Origin: Harriotta raleighana
Taxonomy: Eukaryota
Assembly: GCA_050575255.1 (NCBI GenBank)
Contig: JBNZDD010013722.1
Coordinates: 8,172,880-8,236,879, forward strand
Direction of reading: 5' to 3'
Length of the DNA: 64,000 nt
The notes beneath the pieces were generated by a model. It made no database searches, had not been told where the DNA came from, and saw only the letters and a program-made list of their open reading frames with translations. Position numbers and translations under genes: made by a program. Below are positions 41,901 to 55,261 of the stretch, one piece after another; positions within the stretch are counted from its first letter, which is position 1; each line of letters starts with the position of its first letter.

Positions 41901-42282
41901 AGGCTTCTGTACAATAATCAAGCGATAGATTCAAAATTGGGTACCTCGGCACAAGATGTTGCAGAAGGATCCATTCAAACGCAGGCTGCTAAAGTCAGAT
42001 GTCATATGAAACGTATGTAGACCAGTTTGAGGGAAAAGGAATAAAACATGATTGCAAAGCAATTTAATGATAAAGGCAGAATCAGAAGCAATCTCCTCTA
42101 TCCCCGGTGGATAAACATCTTGCTTAAGTGAAAATGCAGCATACTTAAAGCCTCTATAAATTGTGATCGTTGTTGCATTAACTGCAAATTGCACTTGGCA
42201 GTTCACCACACCAATTGGAAAAACAGTCTCCCCCTTTCAACAGTCCCACTGATGTCTAGTTGTGGTTTAACTAAACCACTTG
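37925..42282 (-). other. ARMC1: Probable long ARMC1 3' UTR (end uncertain)
   Basis: AT-rich, relatively repeat-poor sequence after the stop codon; minus-strand ATTAAA at 42063-42068 and AATAAA at 38106-38111 and 37930-37935. Confidence 0.35.
38904..38934. repeat. (TA)n(CA)n microsatellite; also (TA)n at 679-700, (GA)n at 28995-29021 and 31081-31097, (GT/GTAT)n at 60297-60336
   Basis: Read directly from the sequence. Confidence 0.9.
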
Positions 42283-42474
42283 TCACCAATAAAATGACCT
42301 AGATAAAAAGTTTGTTGCTGTCCTGAACCAGCTGTAACTGCCGTCCTGTGTGCTTCCAACACGAGACACAGCTTTGTCGCCATTCTTACTGGGACTCTCG
42401 TCTTCAGGTAAGTAATCTGGTAAATCTGTGTTCTGTTCAACATCGACAGGGGTGTCTTGGAAATGAACCAGCAC
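42283..42474 (-). CDS. ARMC1: ARMC1 last coding exon: [63 protein letters not shown]
   Basis: ORF 42283..42474; acceptor ttatAG; conserved C-terminus NFLSRSFYW; joined exons give 275 aa. Confidence 0.97.
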   Translation of the reverse strand: MLVHFQDTPVDVEQNTDLPDYLPEDESPSKNGDKAVSRVGSTQDGSYSWFRTATNFLSRSFYW

Positions 42475-42609
42475 CTATAAAGAAATTGTTAACAATATAA
42501 ACAGTGATCTCAGTGAAGAGCACAGCCATCTCTGCCAATAATCTAGAAACCACACAGGTCTACTGAAAAGCATGGTTTAAGATTTAGAAAACTATTTTGT
42601 GGTAAAATT

Positions 42610-43632
42610 ATTTCCCCCATTGAAACCTGGATCACCCCAGGTGATACGTTCCCACCCATGGAGGCCACACCAGCCAGCTATACCTCCCACCACATCCCAC
42701 AGCCCCTCCCCACCTCCCGCACACACTACGACACCTACCCATCCCTTCTCCAACACCTTCAAATTTGTCTCCCCCTCCTTATCAACCACCATATGAAGCC
42801 CACCACCTGCTCGCTGGATCCTAACCACCCCTCTCCCAGCTCCACCTCCTTGCCCCACTATTTACTGACACTATCAACCTGTCCCTTTCATCCTCAAGAG
42901 CTGGCAGCATCAGCATCTTTGGCTGCACACTCCATCTCATAAAGCCAATCAGGAACCTGGGTGTCTTGTTTGACCCTGAACTGTCCTTTCTCTCCCAGAC
43001 CAGCACTGCATTCCACCACCTCCGTAATATTGCCAGACACCGCTACTGTCTCACCCCTCAGGCTGCTGAAACCTTCATCCATGAAACCTTGACACATCAA
43101 GGCTTGAAACTCCCTCATCAGCTTTCCCGGTCTTTCCTTTACAAGCTGCAGATCAACCAGAACTCTGCAGCTTGTGTCCGCACCTGCACCAAGCTCCACG
43201 ACTCCATCACTTCCACACTCACCCGGCTCCATTGGCTCCCCTCCCTCATAGGATCGAATACAAGATCCCTGTCCTCACTCTCAAGGCCATTCACAGCCTT
43301 GCCCCCTCCTATCTCTCCGACCTGCTGTCTCCCTATCAACCTCTCCATTCAGCAGGCTCCAGTCTGCCCCGACTCCCACCCGACCCACCCTTCTATCAGT
43401 GGCTGGGCTTCAGCCTCTCTGCCCCCACACTCTGGAACTCCAACCCATTGTATCTTCGCCTTGCTTCCTCCCTTGACTCCTTCAAGGCCGGTCTGAGGAC
43501 CTTGCTTTTCAATTATGCTTTCTACTACCTCCGACCTCTCTCCCCCTCCCCCTGCTCGAGTCATGACCCGACTGTACAGCGCCTTGGGACGTCCTCCTGA
43601 TGTAAAATGCACTCTGTGAATGTAATGTTGTT
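42610..43632 (+). mobile_element. L2 3' fragment in the last ARMC1 intron
   Basis: NLGVLFDPELSF, FHHLRNIAR, KLQINQNSAA, RLHWLP, RIEYKI, APTLWNS, FKAGLRTLLF; tail cagcgccttgggacgtcctcctgatgtaaa. Confidence 0.9.
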
Positions 43633-44090
43633 ATACACAAAATGATTTAGCTTCAGAAATCATTTTGTGCAATAAATGCAATCTGGTAGGAGGGTGCGGC
43701 AGGACTTCCCGTCTTGACAAAATCTGAATCATGATTAGCAGGTTAAATAATATTATTTCATTGAGTTGTTAGTAATCAAGTGCATTCTTCAGACCATAAC
43801 AAATGCCTGTCTGATCAAATCACTCATTGTATTTAAATTTCCAGGCTACGTTGTTATAAGTTAAAACATCTTTTGACTCCTAACTTTTTTTTAAGTCAAA
43901 ACTTGTCGAAGGTCCAAGATCTTTGGATTCAGTCTGTGTAATTTTCTTGTTGTTGTTGATTCAATTTTGCTGTAGTACAGAATTTTGGGTACTGGCTGAC
44001 ACTGTTCAGAACCAACATATTGCATTAAATGTTTAGCTTCTGTGGTGATGCGGGAGGGCCTGTTCTCAGTTCTAGGTGTGTATAGTAATA

Positions 44091-44763
44091 CAGTAAAACC
44101 TTGTTTATCCGTGACTCGATGAACCGGAAAACCCTTTCAACCGCTATCTCAAAAAAAAGTCCCGATTCGATGAACCGGAAGTTATCCAGGAGAATAGTAA
44201 AGACGCATTTAATGAATGGATTCCCGGATGCGAGTACTGCTGCAGTTGTATTGGCGGTCGCTAGTTGAGCCTAAAGTCACGCTACTGACATTTTTTTCAA
44301 AACTCGCGATACTACCGTTTGTTTAAAAAAAATGCAGTTTTCTCTTTTTTTCCCCCCCTCCTTTGGCAGCTATTGTAGAAGCTAAGTATAAATTCTAAAG
44401 TACTAATTCAATATTTTGTTAGTATAGTATCTATTATTAGTGTAATTAGTCTATTATTTATATAGTATTGTTCAACATTTATGTGTGTGTGTCTATATGT
44501 GTGTGTGTACTCTCTCTCTGCAAGTTCAGCGTATTCAATCAATTCAAAATACCTCACAGGAAGGCTTCACAGTAATCGACCCTGCCTTCCCCTCACTGAA
44601 GTTAGCGGAATGCGGACAGCAGCTCCCTGTGGTAATCTGTTATTACTGTGCTAAAACATTTTTTTTTAATTTTTCAATGAAAATTTGTGTTTGTTTAACT
44701 AGAAAATCGTTTAACCGCCACTGTCCAAGTCCCGTAGGTGCCGGATAAACGAGGTTTTACTCG
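44091..44763. mobile_element. MITE copy C (opposite orientation to A) in an ARMC1 intron
   Basis: TA|CAGTAAAACCTTGTTTATCCG ... CGGATAAACGAGGTTTTACT; interior gtcccgattcgatgaaccggaagttatccag matches A reversed. Confidence 0.88.
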
Positions 44764-46154
44764 TTAGTTAGGCTTCAAGTGATCGATTTTCTACTTGTCA
44801 AATGGATTGAAGGCAAAAATAGTAAAATATTTAAAGTTAATAGGACTCCAGAAGGAGCACTAGATTCCTCTTTAGTGACAATATGCATCAACAATAGGAA
44901 AAGCCCAGCACATTGTCAAAGTTATTTCACTAACAGCATGAGGAATTTTTTTTCCCCAACATCCTACATGTCATACAAGAATTTTATTATGACAAAAACA
45001 TTTAGCTTTATGCTATAATGGAGAAGTAGCAGCGTTTTGCCCCAAGAGGCAAAATAATCAACATAACATTAACCACACCAAATTGATCTGTTCCTCAAAA
45101 CTACACAGGAAATTTGAGTTGGCACAATTTTTTTTCCAAAAACTGAGGTTCATTCTCAAAAGGGTGGACCAATTGTGTTAATTACATGATTTTTTAAAAA
45201 AGAATCTAATAAAATACAGACCAGTAACTATAAATGTTTCAACATCCTTAATTGTATGATTTGCTTTGTGAATGCCATCTATAATCATAACGGCCAATAT
45301 ATTTTTAATAAGGAAATCTTAAACCAAAATAATGGCCTGAAACAAATTAAATAAATCATGTAAAGCAGATAATCTGAACATGAAAATGTATTATACAAAT
45401 CTCTGTACTGCAATATTAATGTCTGCACAGCTCTGTTAAGTTTCACCTCCATCTTTGCCTACTTCGAAAGATTTTACATTGAAGTAGCATTAAACATATT
45501 TAAAATTTTCCAGACAATGTAAGAACAAACTGAATACTAATTTGAATTGATGGAAAGCATGGGTTTTACAATTGCTGAATAACATACTATTTTGTCCTAA
45601 AATATTAAATAAAATTATAGAATATATTCAGTGAAGCTTCATGTTTAGAAGAGACTTAATTGTGGTACAATGGGTTGGATTCACTAAAGTGTGGAGCGAG
45701 GGATCAGTATAGATTGGTTATTTCCCTGGTTGTGTGAGACCAATCTCAGCCAAGCTGCTGTAGGGAAGCATGGAACAGGAGCCAAGCCCACGGGAGAGGA
45801 AAAAAATAAACCAGAATGAGTCGTAAGTGTTATGTTGAATACACCTTTCTGCAGCTGGTTCAGACTGACACTATGATGACTGCGGATCTTAATAATAATC
45901 CTTTGCTGTAGGGTCTTTCACATCAGGAGGATGTCTCTTAGCACTTCACTTCAGAATATACTGAAGTGTAATGATTATTTTTCAAGCCAACACGTCAGAC
46001 AATTTGTGCACAGCAAAAGTCCTACAGACAACCATGATGAACAACAACAAAATTACATTTATGTGCTTTGGTTACTGTTAGTATGTGGATCTTGCAGAAT
46101 GGGGGAAAAAAATAATTTGGTGTAAATAAATGCAATAGTTAAAACCCATCTCAC

Positions 46155-46229
46155 CTCTTCTCCAGTTTCATTTTTGATCACTTGCTGTGCTTTCAAAACT
46201 TTAGTTGCTGCAATAGCAGATGCCAGTGC
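46155..46229 (-). CDS. ARMC1: ARMC1 coding exon 5: ALASAIAATKVLKAQQVIKNETGEE
   Basis: Manual translation matches [25 protein letters not shown]; acceptor ttccAG, donor GTGAGA; 75 nt, phase 0. Confidence 0.96.
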
Positions 46230-46923
46230 CTGGAACACAGTGAACAGCAGCGATTAAAACAAACCTCCCCATCTCCACAGAATGTATTATCGGTTACACA
46301 ATTGTTTAAAAGTGCAGTCCACCGCAGACAGCAACATTAAAATGGCAGCACTGTCACTGTGAATCAGATGACCTGGAGTTGAACTTCCTTGCAGCATGTC
46401 ATCCCACCCGCCAAAAAGAAATCGACTTGTGTTAGTTAACTGGAGATCAGTTTTATTACAGCAGCTACAGGGCAACCTCATAATGTGGTGTTGAATCAAT
46501 AGTCAGACCCTGTGTTCTAAAGGAGATTGCTAGAAAATAGCTGTTAGGGTGGTCCGGTTGGTAAGGTGATGCCATCTGCACCACATTTTAATCAGATCTG
46601 CCTTAATAATCTGAACTGTAAATTCAGTTTGTCACCCTCCCATTGAGAGCACAGCACTGTCTGGAGAGCTTCCCAGCACATGTCCCGCAAATTGTGGGAC
46701 ACTTTGGGGGGTTTTCAGGAACAGTAACTGAGTTGGAAGAATCTCTATTCCCAGGGATTCATAAATTGGTTGGAAATCTACATAATGGAAATTGACATAA
46801 TTTTGAAATTGAGCATCTAGTTTATTGGACACCAACCATAAATGTGGAAAGAGTGGTGATGTGCTGATCCCAACTCAACACCCTACTCCCTAACACCCTT
46901 AAAAGTATTTATTGCTGACTTAC

Positions 46924-47040
46924 CTCGGCTTTTAGATCGGATCGGATACGCACAACACATCTTTTTACTCCCATTTGGAAGGTAAAACTGATAACACCTT
47001 TAATCTTCAACAGAGCTTCTTCACACATATTTCTACGGGA
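46924..47040 (-). CDS. ARMC1: ARMC1 coding exon 4 (HMA-like domain part): [39 protein letters not shown]
   Basis: Manual translation; acceptor ttttAG, donor GTAAGT; 117 nt, phase 0. Confidence 0.97.
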
Positions 47041-47403
47041 CTAAAAGACAACAAAACATTTAACTCAATGAAAGAAAAATGCAATAGATTTTATCCCAAC
47101 ACATTCTCTGCAAATGGAATCTTCCATATATCTCTGTTTTTCACTGCGGCATTGGACAGCACGCTATTAATATTAGTGCATTTATATCAGCATTCAAACA
47201 TCTGACTTGATTTCCTAAAATCCAGAAAGCTCAAGTAAATAGCATCCCTAATTTTAACAAGGTAATAAAAGTTCTTCAGAAATCGCACATTGGTATTAAC
47301 TCCTTCACTAAAGCGAACGACAATACTTTACAGTACAGTACTCCCAATTCTTTTATTTATTTCCCTTTATCTTTTGATATCATTGGTAGATCAAGTTTCT
47401 TAC

Positions 47404-47593
47404 CGCATCATCTAAACCATCTATCTGCAACACGACAGTTTTTGCACGTTTGTTAGTGCTGCCCAGAAAGAACTGTGCTTTACGCCTATGTGAGTTGTAT
47501 TCATTTGTGTTGTCGGACTCTGGGCTGCTGGATGACTGCAAGATTTCATACACTTCATTTGCCAAAAACTTGGTCTCACCAGGTGTTGTAGTT
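47404..47593 (-). CDS. ARMC1: ARMC1 coding exon 3: [63 protein letters not shown]
   Basis: Overlaps ORF 47380..47565; acceptor ctttcAG, donor GTAAGA; 190 nt completes the phase-2 codon; ARMC1 motif [25 protein letters not shown]. Confidence 0.97.
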
Positions 47594-48331
47594 CTGAAAG
47601 TAAAAATTATAAGTAGAAACTTGGGATTAATTTTGCGTAATCAAAAGAAATACTTTGCAATGAAATGCAAGACTTATTCCGCCTCCAGCGAGGGGAAGGA
47701 GGAAATTCATCCTCCACAAATGCCACCATCTGCTAAGGGAACTCCAGATCACAGTTGCAGAATTTTACTTGCAAAATTTATTGCTGCAATATCCATTTGA
47801 ACATAGAAGCACTTCAAACACTCATATTCAGAGCACTATACTGTTTTACACCACATACACAAGAATATTAATATCATTTTTTAGAATACAGCCATTCAAC
47901 TTAAATATTAATGCGGTAAATATTTTAAGATGTGGTTAACAAATAACTTTAAATAAAATTTACATTTTGTAAATAAGGAATATGGTTATGAGAACAGATT
48001 ATTTATTATCTATTTCATCTTCCGTTCATTCAATAACTGATTTTACTGAAATTAGGCAGCAAACTAATTTCCTTATTGTCATAATCACTTTTCCATGTCC
48101 AAACTGCTTTCTATTTTAAAACCATGAAAGGAGACACAAACTAGTTATTCAAAGTATTTTCTTTCCTGATATGTGCATAGTCCAAATAGAAGAATGTTCA
48201 GTGCTTACTATAGTCAAAATGTTGCGGAAACAACAATAAGAACATAAGAATTTGCCATGCAAAAGAAGACCAAGGTCCATCTAGTTCGCCTTCCACCATC
48301 CTGACAGACGTGTCATGTACCAAACTATATA

Positions 48332-48841
48332 CAGTAAAAGCCTGTTATCTGTGACTCGATGAACCGGAACTTCCGTATAAATGGTACGTTAAAAAAAAAG
48401 TCCCCATCAGATTAACCGGACGTTATCCAGCACAATAGCGGTGGTGCATTTAATGAATCGATTATCGCATGAGAGTACTATAAAGGTATTTTGGCTTGCC
48501 GCTAGTAGAGCTTGCTGTTTTTTTTTAAAGTAGAGCTGCCATTTTTTTTCCTCCCGTGGAGGCCGCCATCACAGAAGTTAATACTAATACAATATTCTGT
48601 TATTACAGTATCTTATTAGTGTATTTAGTCTATTATTTATGGTACAGTGTACAACATTTACAATAAAGTACCAATATAATATTCTGTTATTATTTAGTCT
48701 ATTATTAATATGGTATGTGTTAAAATAAGTCAAAAAATGTTGTGTTGGGTTTTCGCCGTGGGATCCGACTGTTTAACCGGCAAACCGTTTAACTGCAATT
48801 GGCCAGGTCCCGCAGGTGCCGGGTAAACGGGCTTTCACTGG
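48332..48841. mobile_element. MITE copy D inserted in an old CR1 remnant
   Basis: TA|CAGTAAAAGCCTGTTATC ... GGTAAACGGGCTTTCACTG; interior shared with C. Confidence 0.88.
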
Positions 48842-49489
48842 TACTGACATTATTTTCTAGCAGAAATCTTATCTAATTTGTTCTTGAAACAAATGACAGT
48901 TTCTGCTTCCCCTGTCTCCTATGGGAGCCTGTTCAATAAGTTTACTACTCACTCACAGAAGTAGTGATTCTGATTTGTTCTGAATTTACCCCCCCTTCGA
49001 TTGTACGCTGTGTCATCTAGTTCTACTGCTCAGCAAAAGGTAAAATGGCTATCTTAAAAATTATGATTTTAGCCACAGAATCGTAGCATGCAATTTTCTT
49101 CTTATTTTTATTATGCACCATTCCCTTTAATTCAATTATCTAAATCCCTCCTTGGAAGTTAGATGTCCTGGAATTATTCTAGTTGTTCTTCTCTGAATCC
49201 TCTTGGGTAACGTTGTTGGACAAATAACTGCCAAATATGTTGTATTTCGAGTAAGAGACAAGTTCTATTTTAGGCCCCACCTGGACGTGTTCACTAACAG
49301 CGAGATTTGCACTCCTGCGGTGTCAACATAGCAGGTGTGAATTGATTGGGTCTGTATCCCCCTTGGTCTAAAGAATGTTTTCAAGTTCATCTTCTGAACC
49401 ATCATTCAGCCTTTTGCACCACAGGTTTACCAATAATATGAAAATGAATAGCCACAGGGTGGATGAAAAGCCCGATATAAGGCATAATA

Positions 49490-49597
49490 CAGTAAAAGCC
49501 TGTTTATCCGGCACCCACGGGACCTGGCCAGTGCCGGTTAAATGGTTTTCTGGTTGAAAGTCTTTTTTAAAAAAAATTCAATTAAAAGTTTTTACTG
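49490..49597. mobile_element. MITE copy E, 108-bp internal-deletion derivative
   Basis: TA|CAGTAAAAGCCTGTTTATCCGGCACCCACGGGACCTGG ... TTTTACTG|TA. Confidence 0.82.
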
Positions 49598-50980
49598 TAT
49601 TTTGAACACAATTTATTCCACTTCACTATTCATATTATGCATATATTTTAACTGCAATTGCTCATCGGTCACCATAAACTGTACAATGCAACTGTGATGT
49701 TTTTCTCAGACAGACGGAAGATGAGGCTAATCCCCTCCCTCCCCACCGCACAGACACACAAACGCTGTTGTAAAGAGCAAGCACTTCTGTATATGTGTCC
49801 AGGAATAAAAATGATCTTTGTCTATTATTAAAAATTACTTTTCAATTACAAAAACAATGACCTTAAAGACAGGGATTTAAAAAAAAAACTAAATTAGATA
49901 ACACAATCAAGGATTATATCTAGTGTCTTGAAACCCCCTTTAAACACAAGGGTGGATGTGTGTGTGTGTATATATGTATTCACAGTATTTGGTATACACA
50001 CTTTAAGCAAACATAAACTTGTGCACCTCAAACATAACAAAATCACAAGGGCAACAAAAGTACTCCAGAAGCAAGTAATTATACAAATCAGTTTTAATAT
50101 TTTACCACAGCAGAAAATAATCAAAGCAACGGGGATTTTTTTTCTTGACTGAATCTGTTGCCAGTACCGAAAGGAACTCCCGAAACGGGTGGGGGGGCGG
50201 CAAGTGGATGGGAAGAGAGAAACTGATTTTTTTTAAAGTGAAAGGTTTAACAATAAACATGGTCTGACTGTTTTAGGTTAGTTCCACACTGCTGCTGGGT
50301 ACAGACCATTTTCAATAGGCCTACAAATATTTAAAAAGTAAAGTCAAATTGCCTTGTACTCTGTCCTAGCTGATTGAGCTCAAACATTTTGCAATAACAC
50401 TTGACACAAGGTCATTCCAGAACTTCCATCCTTTCCTCTTCAGGGATTTAAACAGCTGCATTTAACACTGTAATGAATAGCATTTTTCTAAACAATAGTT
50501 ATCTTTTACTTTTGAGAACAATTTTTACATTTCAAGGACAGGATAAGGACTGCATTTGATATCTATTTATTTCATCATTTAAATATTCTGGGGATTTTAC
50601 TGTAAAGTGTTGTGACTGAGTACTTGTAGGTCCATATTTATAAGGTAGTAAACACAATACTCTTTAATCTTCCAGTAAAAAGGACTCCTAGTTCATGTGC
50701 TGACCAAGGGCTCACGCAGCTTCTCTGCTGAATGTATTGGATACCCATTTACCATTCTTCATCTCATGTTTCGTCTAATGTCTCAATCTTGTATTTAAAT
50801 CCAAAAAAGAATCAGACACCCAAACCTTCTTTGTTGTTTCAGAAAAAAAATGCAGTTCAGGCATCCACTGATGACTCATTCTTACTCCTCCCCTCCTTCT
50901 CTAACCCCTCGGCGCAAAGTTCTAAATTCCAGCTGTGATCTAATTTTTTACCTTCCAGTATCAAAAAACACTTAAATCAT

Positions 50981-51031
50981 NNNNNNNNNNNNNNNNNNNN
51001 NNNNNNNNNNNNNNNNNNNNNNNNNNNNNNN
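50981..51031. other. Assembly gap (run of N) in an ARMC1 intron
   Basis: N run followed by poly-A. Confidence 0.99.
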
Positions 51032-52243
51032 AAAAAAAAAAAAAACGTAACTACCTCCTTGACGATATCAGGGGATTCATCCCATGAATGGACATCCCCT
51101 AGTCTACGGCACAACACATGAATGTGTATCATCAGTGTCCTGCCCAATATACTCAATGCTTTTCATCATCTTCCTTCCTAACTCCTCCAACCTCCCCAAT
51201 CCCAAACCCTATCTCGGGTCCGAAACACTGACTCTCTAGCACCTTGGGAATATCCTCCTGAGGTGAAAGGCACTATGCAAATGTACTTTTGTTGTTGTAA
51301 GTTTAAAAACAACCCAATGTATCACAATTCTTTTTCAATAATAATAAAGAATAAAGAATCCCTTCGGGGTACAGTACATAAGTGCTTTAGAAGCAATCAG
51401 TTCACAATCCCAATAATTTCAACTGTTTCCTTTCTCTGAATTAAACTTCTCATGGAATTTATGACAATGACTGCATAAGCAAAAAATAATAACTTATCCT
51501 TACATTTGATGTATCGCTTTTCGTGTCTTCTAGACATCTCAAAGCGCTTCACAGAATGTACTGTAAAGTGAATTGACTGTATATTTATGGGCGAAACAGT
51601 ATTGGGGCAGGAATTAAACAGCCATGATACTCAAGACACACCACAGAGACCCTTTTAAAGTAATTGGCCATAAGAGATAATTAATGCACTATATTCTGAA
51701 TAAGTAAGTGCATTTGGGATCAGAAGAGGATTAGCTACATTATATAGATCCCATTACTGTAAACCATAGTTTAATCCTCACAATGTAGTTTCTAACTCAC
51801 CACATATGTGAGAGAATTGTTCTGAATACTGGAGAAAGCTGCTAAATCTCAGGAATTGTACATACAAAACTGAACTGTTGACCAACTGCAAAGCAGTCGA
51901 ATTAGGGATGAGCAAAGCATTCCTGGACCATTGAAAGTCACATTCATTTATTTCATTCACCTTAAGAGCTAAGATTTGCTGCATCTGCTTTTCCATGAAA
52001 ATAATTCAAGATAATGATACCCAATCCCTTCATAAATAATCTAGAAAACCATAGTCCATATTAGTGAAAGAATGGGCAAGTCAGATAATGCAAGTTTTAA
52101 AATTAAATGTCCATTGTGGGGAGAGCACCTAAAAAGAATATTGTAACCATTTACAATGAAACATTAATTTCATGTGTCATATAATTCACAGTGAGCACAG
52201 TGTAAAATAAGGAATAACAATTTTAGAAATGGCCTAGACTTAC

Positions 52244-52335
52244 TTTTGGATCACATTTTGCAAGCTTAGCAGCATGCCCAATTCGCTCTTCATCTTTTCT
52301 CTGTTGGACCTGCATTCTGACAAATAACGCAGTGC
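52244..52335 (-). CDS. ARMC1: ARMC1 coding exon 2: [30 protein letters not shown](K)
   Basis: Manual translation matches ARMC1 [31 protein letters not shown]; acceptor ccttAG, donor GTAAGT; 92 nt, phase 2. Confidence 0.97.
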
Positions 52336-54234
52336 CTAAGGCAAAGGAGGGAAGAAAAGCAAAAGGACATTAGTGTAGAGACATTAGGTAAAATTCAATG
52401 GAAGTTATCCAAAACAAAAAGTGTATAAAGGTTTGCATCAGCAACTAAGGGATCCTACAATAGTTGCAGAAGATACTGTATTACTTTTTTTCCCGCAAAC
52501 GCAATTTTTTTTTGCAAGGTTTCCATAGCATTAGTAACAATATTATCAAATAAATCAGAATAAGAGAAAATTACTGACAAGGCTACAAAGCAAAATATAA
52601 AGCAATACTTTTTAATAAATAGTTTTATTGGTGAATCTAACTTCATATAATATTTCTGGTTGCACTTCCAAGTTAACAAAACTCCCACTATATGGTCTAG
52701 ACAGATATGATAATGAGGGCTCATTTACTTCACTGTGATGAACAATACTCGATACTGTAATAGGGTTCACAAGGTAGGAAACAGTCATATTACTGGGAAA
52801 TACATGAGAATTCTCCAAAGAAGTTACGTAGATATCCCTCCAGCATATGGCAGATGAAGAATTGATTTAAAATGGATTCTGATTGTGTACATGGTACACT
52901 TCCATCATCATTTGGTTCACTTCTCCATTGCAACTGCTTTTTGCGTTCTCTACGTCACAAGAATGTCTGCACTGCTTTCTTTCATTCCAGTTGTCTGTGG
53001 ATTTGGTTCAATCTTATAGCAAGAGTTCTTGCCTTCTCCTGCCCACCACCCTACCCAATCCATCTCAAGGCATACTCCCTTTTATCGTTATACACCACCC
53101 AACTATATGGCACCACAGACACCATGTGAAACCGATGTATACATTGAAGAGTGCTCACCCCAATCGATCATCACAGACAAATGGGCTGAAACCATCTGTA
53201 AGAGTGAAGTAAAGCATTGCTCAACATATAATTCAGCACTAAATTGGCTAGTCTTACTCAAGAAAGTAAGATCAATTAAACATGTGACACTTTATAGTAC
53301 CTCAATGACTGGAACCTTTCAGAAATTATCTCGAACCAAAACATAATGATACGAAATATGACTTAAGCTAGTCGAAAAAGAGCTACAATTTTCTAAAAAT
53401 TTCGTTCCCACCATCTGAAATCCTTTTGCTGCTTTTCCCTAGGCACTGCCCCACACTCTGACCAAGAAAGCCACTAATAGACAACCTCTAGTAAAAACTA
53501 CATTGGCTCAAAAGAAGGGCAAAAGGTAAGAAATTGATCATTATTCTTCCAAATTTCATGATCTCTAAACTCTTTACTATGTGGAAATTACAACAATAAT
53601 AATTTTCAGTTATACAGTGTCAATTGGCTGAGTGGGAGTGTAAGAGTTCTGCATGGGTAGGTTAGGTGGGGTTTATTTTGTATTTCACCCACAAAAAACA
53701 GTCAATCCACTTTACAGTATATTCTGCAAAGCACTTTGAGACATCTCAACAATGCAATACAATACTATATCAACTGTAAGGAATAATATCTTCTGAGTTG
53801 TCATATACCACTGTTGCTTCTTGCACATTCTATATTGTGCAAAAAGCACTATGAAGATAACTACCTGCAGAGGAAACAACATCAATTGGTGACTTGATGA
53901 CTTAGACGTTGTCTGTTAAGTGCAGAACAAGAGTTAATTGGCACTGCATCTTCATTAGCACAATCCCACAGGAAATCAAGAGATACAAGCGCTATACCAA
54001 AGGGAGTGGAGATTATGACAGAGTTCCCTTGGCATCTCCCTTATTTCTAAGGAATTAGCAATCTGCAAATGGTTTATTATAATACTTGTATTTGACATAG
54101 AGCTTTATGTTAATGTCTCAAAAGGCTTCCTTTTTTTTGCAAACTAAGGGCTGTATTTGTAGATGAACGTGAAAACTAATTTTCACAAAGCCCTGTCCCA
54201 CCAGTCACAAAGTGAATAACTATTTTCTTTAAAA

Positions 54235-55261
54235 TTGGGGATTTAGGAAAAATAGTAAATAGTGAGGAGGATAGCAGCCATCTGCAAGAAGATATAGAGA
54301 GAATGGTAAAATGTGCAGACACATGGCAGATGAACTTTAATGTAGAGAAATGTGAGGTGATGCATTTTGGGAGGAGAAATTAGGGGTGGCAATATAGGCT
54401 AGATAGTACAATTTTAAGGGGTTGAAGGAACAGAGACCTGCGGCTTTATGTAAGTGATTTTTTGAAGGTGGCAGGACAAGTAGACAAGGCTGTTAAAAAA
54501 AGCATACGGGCTACTAGGCTTTATAAATAGGGGCATAGAGTACTAAAGTCAGGAAGTTCTGACTAACCTCTATAAAACTTTGGTTAGGCCTCAGCTAGAG
54601 TACTGTGTTCAATTCTGGTCACCACACTTTAGGAAGGATGTTAAGGCATTGAAAGGATACAGAGGAGATTTACAAGGATGGTACCAGGAATGAGGGACTT
54701 CAGTTATGATGAAAAGCTAGAGAGGCTAGGTTTATTTTCAATGGAGCAGAGAAGGTTATGAGGAGACCTAATAGAGGTTTTTAAGATTATGAGGGGATTT
54801 GACAAAGTAAACAAGGATAAACTGTTCCCACTGGTATCAGTGACTCGTGGGTCACAGATTTAAAATAGTTTCAAAAAGCAGAAGGGAGGTGTGGAGAATT
54901 TTCTTTACTCAGCGAGTTGTTCGAATCTTTTTTTTTTCGCCCTGAACATTTTCCCTTGCTCGGGTCCTGAACCAATCTGTCCAGCGCCTTGGGACGTCCT
55001 CCTGACGTGAAACACGCTCTATAAGTGTAATTTTGTTGTTGTGTTGTTGTTGTTGTTCGAATCTGGAATGCATTGCCTGAAAAGGTGGTGGAGGCCGATT
55101 CGATAACAATTTTTAAAAGAGGTAGACATTTATTTGGGGAGGACGGGTTTGCACGGATATGGGGAGAGAGCTGGGGAGTGGGATTGAATTGCTCTTTTTA
55201 AAGAGCCGGCACAAACTCGATGGGCCGAATGGCCTCTTTTTGTATCATAAGATTCTATGAT
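54235..55261 (+). mobile_element. CR1 LINE 3' fragment (RT C-terminus) with a nested short L2 insertion
   Basis: LQEDI..WQMNFNVEKCEVMHFG, LYKTLVRPQLEYCVQFWSPH, GDLIEVFKIMRGFD; ends ggcctctttttgtatcataagattctatga; same subfamily as 23464-24107. Confidence 0.93.
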
